IMG/VR virus record: IMGVR_UViG_3300028583_002208
Direction: 5' to 3' (one strand)
DNA: 31,202 bases
Origin: a virus
Lineage: Duplodnaviria; Heunggongvirae; Uroviricota; Caudoviricetes
The notes under the pieces were generated by a model. It searched no databases. It saw only the letters and a program-made list of their open reading frames with translations, and was not told the DNA's origin. Made by a program: the position numbers and the translations under genes. Shown here in pieces: positions 24,272 to 31,202 of the stretch (within the stretch, counting starts at the first letter, position 1; every line of letters begins with the position of its first letter).

Positions 24272-24550
24272 ATGACTACGTTTTTAGTTATCCAAGATCA
24301 ACAAATTATTGATACAGTTTTTTATACAGGCCATACAGCGGTAGAGGTTAAAGAGTCTTTAATCAGTCGAGGTGAATTTTCAGAAAATATTCATGTTTTA
24401 GAAGATAGTGAAATAACAAGGGATCTTGCTGAGACGGATAACAATGATTCACACTTTATTGCCAATAATGAAAACGCTTATTTATTGGCTATTGAAACAG
24501 GTTTTATGGATGAAAACACATTAGAAACTTTTGAAGACTATTTAAATTAA
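24272..24550 (+). CDS. acidic hypothetical early protein
   Basis: IDTVFY...EVKESLI motif; own promoter. Confidence 0.75.
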   Translation: MTTFLVIQDQQIIDTVFYTGHTAVEVKESLISRGEFSENIHVLEDSEITRDLAETDNNDSHFIANNENAYLLAIETGFMDENTLETFEDYLN

Positions 24551-24553
24551 AGC

Positions 24554-24592
24554 TTGCATTGTTGATGTGTTTAATATTATAATGAGCACATC
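24554..24592 (+). promoter_or_regulatory. sigma70 promoter with GATGTG/CACATC arms around the -10 box
   Basis: TTGCAT-18-TATAAT. Confidence 0.65.
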
Positions 24593-24679
24593 TTAACAAA
24601 GCCGCTGTTTAACCACGGTACTTTGTAAACAAAATTATTAACAGGCAATTACGCCATTATTTAAAAAGAGTATATTATT

Positions 24680-24931
24680 ATGAAAGCAATCCAAATTAAA
24701 TACCTATCAGCTACTAACACTAAAAATGCACGTTTAAAAGTTTGGGCAGAACAAGCTAAACCAGTACAATACAGTGTTGAAAGTTTTGACACTAACAGTG
24801 TTCAATCTATAGAATTACAAGCCGCTTATAAATTTGCACAAAGTAAGAACTGGTTACAAGATGGCAGTTACAAGCTTGAAATAGGCATGTTACCAAACCT
24901 TGATCACTGCGCTGTAATTGTTGCAAAATAG
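24680..24931 (+). CDS. conserved-looking hypothetical early protein
   Basis: MKAIQIKYLSATNTKNARLK pattern. Confidence 0.8.
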   Translation: MKAIQIKYLSATNTKNARLKVWAEQAKPVQYSVESFDTNSVQSIELQAAYKFAQSKNWLQDGSYKLEIGMLPNLDHCAVIVAK

Positions 24932-24934
24932 TAG

Positions 24935-24972
24935 TTGTTTTATTGATGTGATTATACTACAATGATCGCATC
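24935..24972 (+). promoter_or_regulatory. sigma70 promoter homologous to 24554
   Basis: TTGTTT-17-TACAAT; GATGTG/CGCATC arms. Confidence 0.65.
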
Positions 24973-25018
24973 TTAATAAAGTAATTAATTAAACCCTACA
25001 ATTTAAAAAGGTAATAGA

Positions 25019-25420
25019 ATGTTAAATATTAACAAGTTTGAATCAAAATATAAATCATTTGTAACTTTTCACGGAAATGTTAAGGATCTTTTTGAGTCCA
25101 TCAGAGTAGAGAAGCATTGCAGCAATGAGCCGCACGGATGGGTTAAAGAACTGACACTTTCCTTTCCTACTGGATTTTATAATGGTAAGAGTTACTATAT
25201 TAAACCAACCGAGGAATTAAACCATTTATTAAAAGAGTACAATATCTATGGTGATCCTCAGTATAAAGATATTTATTTAAGTATTGATAAGTTCGGAAAT
25301 GATGATCATTTTACAATATCAATAAAGTATCAACAAATATTAGGATCTTATAAATTAATCAAGATTAGTAATGATCAATTTAATACGTTGTTAGATGATC
25401 TTGGTTACACTAAAGACTAA
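25019..25420 (+). CDS. hypothetical early protein
   Basis: AAAGGT SD. Confidence 0.8.
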   Translation: MLNINKFESKYKSFVTFHGNVKDLFESIRVEKHCSNEPHGWVKELTLSFPTGFYNGKSYYIKPTEELNHLLKEYNIYGDPQYKDIYLSIDKFGNDDHFTISIKYQQILGSYKLIKISNDQFNTLLDDLGYTKD

Positions 25421-25428
25421 CCAACAAA

Positions 25429-25446
25429 GGCGGGAAAACTCCCGCC
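25429..25446. other. GC-rich hairpin (possible minus-strand terminator or mRNA stabiliser)
   Basis: GGCGGGA-AAAC-TCCCGCC; a T-rich tail exists only on the minus strand. Confidence 0.5.
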
Positions 25447-25477
25447 AATTACCCAAACTTTTAAAAGGCATTCAAAA

Positions 25478-25618
25478 ATGAACAACTTTATCAAAACAAC
25501 ACGCACCAACAAAAACAAACCACACACAAAAAATAACCAATTCAAACAGGATCATGACACTTTGCAACGTGAACGCAAGAATGCCCGCAAGGCTAAACAA
25601 TTCTTAAAATCGTTATAA
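25478..25618 (+). CDS. 46-aa basic peptide (not in ORF track)
   Basis: MNNFIKTTRTNKNKPHTKNNQFKQDHDTLQRERKNARKAKQFLKSL*; AAAAGG SD. Confidence 0.7.
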   Translation: MNNFIKTTRTNKNKPHTKNNQFKQDHDTLQRERKNARKAKQFLKSL

Positions 25619-25632
25619 CAGAGGCGGCAAAT

Positions 25633-25917
25633 ATGAGTTTATTCAAAGCATTATTCCCTAGTCAGCAAGACCAACAAATTGCACAAGCTAAGGCACAATT
25701 AAAACGAGATGAAACCGATACGTTTACCAAACTACGTTTGCAAGGCTTGGAACGTACACTCAAGGCAATGGATAAAACACAAGCTCAATGTGTGTTAAAC
25801 GCTTTTAAAAGCTTGTTACAATTGAAAGCTGAAGGGGAGCATATGCTATATATTAATAATGTTCATTATAAAGTGACGTTTAAAAATGGTGCATTGGCTG
25901 CAATTGAAGAAATTTAA
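25633..25917 (+). CDS. hypothetical early protein
   Basis: GAGG SD. Confidence 0.75.
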   Translation: MSLFKALFPSQQDQQIAQAKAQLKRDETDTFTKLRLQGLERTLKAMDKTQAQCVLNAFKSLLQLKAEGEHMLYINNVHYKVTFKNGALAAIEEI

Positions 25918-25940
25918 TTAAATTAATTTGTAAAAAGGGG

Positions 25941-25978
25941 TTGTTATTAAAATTTAGATGTGAGACTATAAGCACATC
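25941..25978 (+). promoter_or_regulatory. probable promoter with GATGTG/CACATC arms
   Basis: TTGTTA-17-GACTAT with extended -10 TG. Confidence 0.45.
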
Positions 25979-26018
25979 GGAGCAATACAGCCCGACAATT
26001 TAAAATTAAGGTGATACA

Positions 26019-26231
26019 ATGGAAAACTTAAATTTAACAGATCATCAGATTAAAAATTTAATCGATTTACACGAGCTAAAGTTAAGATCGTCCGAGGGGG
26101 TTACACTTGCAACAAATTATTATTCTAACGATGACCTTAGCTTTGAGCTGTTGATCATTTTTAATAATACCACTTGTGAAAAGTTAATTTACACGTGTGA
26201 AAATGAATCCATTTTTAATATCGATATTTAA
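26019..26231 (+). CDS. hypothetical early protein
   Basis: TAAGGT SD. Confidence 0.75.
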   Translation: MENLNLTDHQIKNLIDLHELKLRSSEGVTLATNYYSNDDLSFELLIIFNNTTCEKLIYTCENESIFNIDI

Positions 26232-26286
26232 ACTTACACGGCTAGCTATAAAAAGCTAGCCACCTTTAACAATAGGATAATTAAAC

Positions 26287-26412
26287 ATGATAACATTCAA
26301 ACAGAGGTTAAAACTTAAACTAAAATCAACCCATTGTAACCAGTGGCTAGTTATTGCGGGTTTATGTGTTACACTTGCAGCAACGTTATCATTTTTAATT
26401 AGCTTATTATAA
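26287..26412 (+). CDS. 41-aa peptide with basic N-terminus and C-terminal TM helix (not in ORF track)
   Basis: MITFKQRLKLKLKSTHCNQWLVIAGLCVTLAATLSFLISLL*; AGGA SD. Confidence 0.65.
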   Translation: MITFKQRLKLKLKSTHCNQWLVIAGLCVTLAATLSFLISLL

Positions 26413-26432
26413 TTTTAAACAAAGGTGATATA

Positions 26433-26663
26433 ATGAAAGAATCAGATAGAACAATATTAAATGTTATTATATGGGTGGTGGTTTTATCAGTGTTGTATAT
26501 TGCAGCAAACTTTAATACCCATTTATTCGAATTAGGTGGTATTGTAGCAGATACTCCAGCACCTTTTAACGAGATGATGTTCAAAATGACATTTAATCAA
26601 CTTGAAGTAAACGGCAATTATACAGATGCAATTTGCTTTACACTTGGCTATTACATTTATTAA
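26433..26663 (+). CDS. membrane-anchored small protein
   Basis: N-terminal TM helix; AAAGGT SD. Confidence 0.7.
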   Translation: MKESDRTILNVIIWVVVLSVLYIAANFNTHLFELGGIVADTPAPFNEMMFKMTFNQLEVNGNYTDAICFTLGYYIY

Positions 26664-26677
26664 CAGGACAATTAACA

Positions 26678-26821
26678 ATGAATATAACAATTAATTTTAA
26701 AAGCGGAAAATCTTTAAACGTCTACGCGGTGGATTATGCAGCAGCAAAGGCGATTAAATTTAGTAAAAAATATCGTGGTTTGATAAATAGTGTTGTTGAT
26801 CGTTTGGGCAATCGTATTTAA
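26678..26821 (+). CDS. 47-aa hypothetical protein (start moved from 26633)
   Basis: AGGA SD before ATG 26678. Confidence 0.65.
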   Translation: MNITINFKSGKSLNVYAVDYAAAKAIKFSKKYRGLINSVVDRLGNRI

Positions 26822-26835
26822 TTTGAAATAAAACA

Positions 26836-26874
26836 TTTACTTTTAAATTAATAGCCTGTAATATTCGGGTTATT
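26836..26874 (+). promoter_or_regulatory. promoter with the -10 box in a hairpin loop
   Basis: TTTACT-17-TAATAT; AATAGCCTG (26850) / CGGGTTATT (26866). Confidence 0.55.
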
Positions 26875-26930
26875 CCTTAAGAGATAACTTTTATTAAATC
26901 TTTACCAATAAACTAGAAAGGCTAAACACT

Positions 26931-27101
26931 ATGAAAACTTTAACAGAAATGGATAACCGTTTACAAGCTGCACTATTAGAACTAGCAACACTTGAACAAA
27001 AATTCTTTGATACAACGTGCCAGCATGAACAGCAACAATTAGCGCACAAGATTGTAAAGTGTGAAAACTTGATCATTGAGTTGGAATTAAAACTTAAATA
27101 A
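26931..27101 (+). CDS. 56-aa coiled-coil-like protein (not in ORF track)
   Basis: MKTLTEMDNRLQAALLELATLEQKFF...ELELKLK*; AAAGGC SD. Confidence 0.75.
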   Translation: MKTLTEMDNRLQAALLELATLEQKFFDTTCQHEQQQLAHKIVKCENLIIELELKLK

Positions 27102-27112
27102 AGGCTAAGATA

Positions 27113-27289
27113 ATGACAAATAATAAATTTTACTCAAAACGTACACAAGCTTACATGAAAAAGCAAACACTTAAACACAAGGGGGTTAACCTTGCTAAAA
27201 GCTTGTTGTGGTTAATGGTGCCGTGTGCGCTGGTGGGGATTGTTGTATTGGATTGGGTTGGGGTTATCCGTTTGAGTTGGATTTTTTAA
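27113..27289 (+). CDS. 58-aa peptide with basic N-terminus and C-terminal TM helix (not in ORF track)
   Basis: MTNNKFYSKRTQAYMKKQTLKHKGVNLAKSLLWLMVPCALVGIVVLDWVGVIRLSWIF*; AAAGGC SD. Confidence 0.7.
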   Translation: MTNNKFYSKRTQAYMKKQTLKHKGVNLAKSLLWLMVPCALVGIVVLDWVGVIRLSWIF

Positions 27290-27317
27290 AAAGATTGATT
27301 TAATTTGTGAAAAGGTA

Positions 27318-27346
27318 TTGCCTTTTATAAAAAGTTGTTGTATTAT
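27318..27346 (+). promoter_or_regulatory. sigma70 promoter
   Basis: TTGCCT-17-TATTAT. Confidence 0.65.
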
Positions 27347-27382
27347 TTAAACACTGAAATAAACAATTAAAAAGGCGATAAA

Positions 27383-27712
27383 ATGTTAAATACTACTGAA
27401 ATCGGGAAAACAATTACACGCGCTGCAAAGGGTAACTTTAAGTCTAAATTCGTTATTGCACACAAGGATGAAAAAGGTATATATGTTTTAGATGTTAAGT
27501 TTGATCCAAAATCAGCCACTTTAAAACCTGTCACATATGACAAAATAAAGTTAATACCTGTTAGCCAATATCCTTTATATAAAGTGGTTAGTGCATCTAG
27601 CATTATGGCTGGCACAATGGGGTCATCTCATGGTGATACATGCACACAAGATCAATTTGTAGAGTTACAAAACATTGCTTTAGATTTTATCAATAGAGGT
27701 GATGTTGTTTAA
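27383..27712 (+). CDS. hypothetical early protein (last gene of the module)
   Basis: AAAGGC SD. Confidence 0.8.
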   Translation: MLNTTEIGKTITRAAKGNFKSKFVIAHKDEKGIYVLDVKFDPKSATLKPVTYDKIKLIPVSQYPLYKVVSASSIMAGTMGSSHGDTCTQDQFVELQNIALDFINRGDVV

Positions 27713-27737
27713 TTATTAAAACCTTGTGCAATAAGAT

Positions 27738-27762
27738 GCCCACTTTAAACAGTGGGCTTTTT
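27738..27762 (+). terminator. intrinsic terminator
   Basis: GCCCACT-TTAAAC-AGTGGGC-TTTTT. Confidence 0.85.
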
Positions 27763-27809
27763 ACGTTGCATAATATAATAAACCTCTTAAAATAACCCAG
27801 TCCAAATAT

Positions 27810-28732
27810 AAACACATCTTGATAAAATCATAACACTTTGTTTTATAAACCTAGTATAAAACAATAATTACATCCTATCGTACAATAGTACACTCTTTAA
27901 TCTAATATTGCCCACTTTCAAAACAATGTTATCCTCTTACAACAATGTAATCCCATCTTATAAAATACCCTTCTAGCAATTATAAATATTAATAACATCA
28001 TACTGTTATATGAAATATGAGCCACTTTTAACAACGTTTGACAGCACTTAATACTAAAGTGGATACATTACACTATGAGAATGATTAAGATTACAGGTGG
28101 TCTATTCTAACAATGTATTACTAAAGCTTATTATATATGTAATAAAACATATAATAAAAATTACCTTTTGTAATGGTGGCTGTTTATCACATAGGATTAA
28201 GGTGTTTTTATGTGATAGAGGGGATTAATACATTAATAAATGAATTAGGGATTAGCTTGTAAAGCTTATAGGAATAGAGCTTAGTTAGTGGGGATTGTAT
28301 GTATAATAAGGGATAGCTATTAATACAACGTATTAGAATGATTATAATTCGTTACATAGTAACAAAGAGGGAACACTTCGACACGTTGTGTCAAATGGTA
28401 ATTATTCTTGTTTACATGTAAACAAATGGAGCTACTTAGGTTATAGATGAATATGAGGGAAAGGTGGGAGGATTTTGTGTCTGGTGTTTTTAACCATTTA
28501 AAAACGCAATGCCACAATCTATCCCACTCCCTCACCTATTTGTTACGAAGTAACACAAGTATCCCCACTTCTAAAAATATAATCCCACTTTCCACACCAA
28601 TTAAATAACTATTGATTAAATGTTAATAGTTTTAACACAATGTAATAATTGCACAAAGTGGGGTAATCTTTGTTTTATTGTAGTAATTGGGTTTATAAAA
28701 CAAAAGGGGATAATACTTTGATTGATGTGTTT
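27810..28732. repeat. long-range degenerate inverted repeat plus dispersed CCACTT motifs in non-coding DNA
   Basis: Four collinear blocks at 27810-27918 are inverted at 28655-28732. Confidence 0.65.
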
Positions 28733-29156
28733 TCCTTCATAACCTAGAAGCTACCTTATGTTAAATTACCTTTTGGAATAAGGAATCTATTTATTGAAAG
28801 GTTTTGTTATAAGGGTATTACTTGTTAATGAAAGGTTATTATTGTGGGAAGTGGATTATTGTGGGAAGGGGGATAGATATTGGCAAATATTTCTATATTC
28901 TGGTGAAATGAGAATGATTCGTATTCAAAGTGTTAAACGACTCAAACCTAAATGTTTGATATTTCTACAAATAACCTTTCTCAAAGGGTATCCTATTTAT
29001 CTCATAAGATTATTTTGAAAATATAAATTTACCAATAAAAACTAAACTCTCTAAAGGAATATTATTAAAAATAATAAGACTAATCTAAATAAGAATCACT
29101 ACTATTCACAATAAAACCAATCCATCCTAGAGCGTTTAGTTTTTTCTCAAAAGAAA

Positions 29157-29320
29157 TACTTTCACCTAAGGTATTCTCTCTTCGAGAGGTGCGTGGTTTG
29201 TACAGTAGATATATTTGAGCAAATAGATATTTTCACCTAGGGTATTTTGGATTGGTCTGGGAAATTTTAAGGGTAGATATTTTAGGCAGGGTATTTTAAA
29301 GTGAGGTGAAAAATCACCTC
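29157..29320. repeat. short direct/inverted repeat cluster
   Basis: TAYTTTCACCTARGGTATT at 29157 and 29228; TAGATATTTT at 29224 and 29274; AGGGTATTTT at 29239 and 29288; hairpin GAGGTGA-AAAA-TCACCTC 29303-29320. Confidence 0.65.
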
Positions 29321-31047
29321 TCATATTTTGATTTTATTGTATTGGATATATTCTGGAAAAACACATCACTCATAACTATAAATCTATTCTCACTTAACAT
29401 GTCAGAAAGTTTAATATAAATTGTACTTGACGATACTTTCCAAGTGTACTTATCTGTAAATTCCCTGATAGATATCAACACCCCGTCATCTAATATAAGA
29501 GGGCTAGACTTATAATACCCTCCTATAGATACAATTTCATCGTAAGATTTACCTTCCTTTAAAAGCTTTTTTACATCGTGACCTGTTAATGCTAAAAACT
29601 CGTTACTTATAAAACTTAATATAGATATTTTAACTCCATCTTCTCTGACTATAAAATCTTTTAGGTTATCCTGTTTCATTTTGTAAAACTCTTCAACTTT
29701 TTGTTGATACTTTGTTTCTAGTTCGTAGATATCTTTGAAGTGCCTATTCTCTTTTACAACATCACTTAGTAGTTTTTTATGTTCAAAAGGGAAATCTAAT
29801 CCTTCTAAGAATAAGCCTAAACTTATAGCTTTGTGGTCTCCTAAGGAATAGTATAGATTTTTAACTTCATCTAGTATATGGTCTAGGCATGAGGTATTGT
29901 TAAATAATTTTTTAGCAGGTACATTATCTTTAAGTATACCCAGTCCGTTATTCTTAAAGAACATAGCTCTATGAGGTATAAATACCCCAACACCTCTCCT
30001 ACTCTTTAATACATTGATGTTTTCGATAAAAGGTCTATTAACAACATAACTTATATCCTCTAACCTCAAGAAGTCTATATGCTCTTTATATTCCTCATTG
30101 AAATCAAGGAAATCTTGTCTGGTTAAACTGAAAACCTCTGAATACCCATCAAACAGCCGATCCCCTCTTTCTTTATAAACCATTTTGTCCTTGAAATAGT
30201 GGTGATATAATCTCTCTACATAAAAGGCAACTTGTTCAGAACTAAACCACTTTGTATCATACACATAAAAATCATGGTCATATTCTGTCTTACCTACTGA
30301 CTTTTGGATATTTAATCCTCTTTTGATAGGTTCATTACCTTTACCTATCTTGTATATACCTTTATTATTTCTGTCTACCAAAAGATATACTGCAGAGGCA
30401 TTTTCCACGTTATCATTAATGTAATGGCAAGGACATTTATCTTTAATCTCGCAACCTCTCTTCCTTACTTTAAAACCACAAGACATGCATTGGAATTCGT
30501 AACTACCTTTGTCGTCCCGACTCTCTAACACACCTTGATAATTGTATTTGTTAGCAATATTATCCATATCACAGTAATACCCGTAACTGTTATCCTTACA
30601 GGAACACCAGACACCTCTTTGTTGAGCACTATAGAATGTGTTGAAATTCTCCACTTCACCACAAACAGTGCATTCTACCTTACAAGGATGTTTTCTTCCT
30701 TTGTACTTGAGCACTTGGTAGTTGGACAGTAATGCTTCAGATGCCTCTCCTATGCTTACTGTGCCACCTCCTCCTGAATTATTTTTGTAATTACACCCGC
30801 AAGAAGTGGTTAAACCTTTTCGAAGGCTCCCTGTATTCACTAAAAAATAATCCGTTTCTTCACAAGAACATTTACACCACCAAACGTTTCTAGCCTTTTT
30901 CCAATCGCCGTATTTGTTAATACCCGCCCAACTAATAACACTAATCTTACCGAAACTCTGTCCTGTTAGGTTAGTAAAACTCCCTCGACAAGGGGTTTCA
31001 TAAGTGTTGGCCTTTACATATTCTTCTTTATAAAATTCTTTTGCCAT
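29314..31047 (-). CDS. mosaic homing endonuclease: Cys-rich N-terminus plus GIY-YIG (T5orf172/Seg-like) domain
   Basis: NLTGQSFGKISV...WWCKCSC...TTSCGC; several CxxC; AVYLL...YKIGKG...E...H...DGYSEVF. Confidence 0.75.
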   Translation of the reverse strand: MAKEFYKEEYVKANTYETPCRGSFTNLTGQSFGKISVISWAGINKYGDWKKARNVWWCKCSCEETDYFLVNTGSLRKGLTTSCGCNYKNNSGGGGTVSIGEASEALLSNYQVLKYKGRKHPCKVECTVCGEVENFNTFYSAQQRGVWCSCKDNSYGYYCDMDNIANKYNYQGVLESRDDKGSYEFQCMSCGFKVRKRGCEIKDKCPCHYINDNVENASAVYLLVDRNNKGIYKIGKGNEPIKRGLNIQKSVGKTEYDHDFYVYDTKWFSSEQVAFYVERLYHHYFKDKMVYKERGDRLFDGYSEVFSLTRQDFLDFNEEYKEHIDFLRLEDISYVVNRPFIENINVLKSRRGVGVFIPHRAMFFKNNGLGILKDNVPAKKLFNNTSCLDHILDEVKNLYYSLGDHKAISLGLFLEGLDFPFEHKKLLSDVVKENRHFKDIYELETKYQQKVEEFYKMKQDNLKDFIVREDGVKISILSFISNEFLALTGHDVKKLLKEGKSYDEIVSIGGYYKSSPLILDDGVLISIREFTDKYTWKVSSSTIYIKLSDMLSENRFIVMSDVFFQNISNTIKSKYER

Positions 31048-31202
31048 CTAATCTTGTCCTCTCTTCTTCTTGATCTCCCTAAACGCCATATTGTAATCAT
31101 CTTCGTTGTGGAAATCTAATTTCCTTCCAAATATACCTTTTTCTTTTTGTTGACGGTAAAACCAATTTTTCTCTTTCACCGTAAAATTGAACTCGCTAGG
31201 GA
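31048..31202 (-). CDS. C-terminal part of an upstream hypothetical protein (open at window edge)
   Basis: ...PSEFNFTVKEKNWFYRQQKEKGIFGRKLDFHNEDDYNMAFREIKKKRGQD*, stop adjacent to ATG 31047. Confidence 0.65.
   Translation of the reverse strand, partial: PSEFNFTVKEKNWFYRQQKEKGIFGRKLDFHNEDDYNMAFREIKKKRGQD

Noticed and set aside
22366-27615. Track ORFs 22366-22818(-), 26399-26584(-), 26894-27076(-), 27367-27615(-)
   Set aside because: Antisense to promoter- and SD-supported plus-strand genes.
19650-29150. Absence of GAATTC in the early module (about 7 seen elsewhere) as T5-like restriction-site avoidance
   Set aside because: Only about 3 expected; a single site type is not significant without a full palindrome analysis.
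27720-29310. CRISPR array, and ORFs 28320-28535(-) and 28794-29018(+)
   Set aside because: Repeats are short, irregularly spaced and in both orientations; the ORFs lack SDs and have atypical composition.
30535-30732. 65-aa plus-strand ORF
   Set aside because: Antisense shadow of the endonuclease gene.

Overview
Bases 1-435 are not phage. They are the 3' end of a decayed ruminant (bovine-type) LINE-1 on the minus strand, fused in frame to the start of a phage ORF, most likely an assembly or library chimera. The rest (436-31202) is an AT-rich segment of a large lytic dsDNA phage, probably of a gammaproteobacterium (inferred from sigma70 promoters, DnaA boxes and T4-like genes). It has three parts. 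(i) 0.6-19.4 kb: a dense plus-strand gene run with an SLT transglycosylase, three HNH-type endonucleases, a GHKL ATPase, an Rnl1-Pnk-Rnl2 RNA-repair operon, a Srd-like protein, an HTH/RHH/family-A-polymerase-like cluster and a macro domain. (ii) 19.4-29.3 kb: a compositionally distinct module of about 25 small genes, most with their own sigma70 promoter, bounded by non-coding repeat-rich DNA; it looks like a long terminal repeat / first-injected early region. (iii) 29.3-31.2 kb: a minus-strand GIY-YIG mosaic endonuclease. The most unusual signals are in part (ii): about 4.5-fold GATC enrichment confined to the module, an oriC-like AT tract with DnaA boxes at its left edge, a promoter-driven structured ncRNA candidate aimed at that site, and a 1.4-kb non-coding right edge with a long-range inverted duplication. 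All counts were made by hand; no searches were run.
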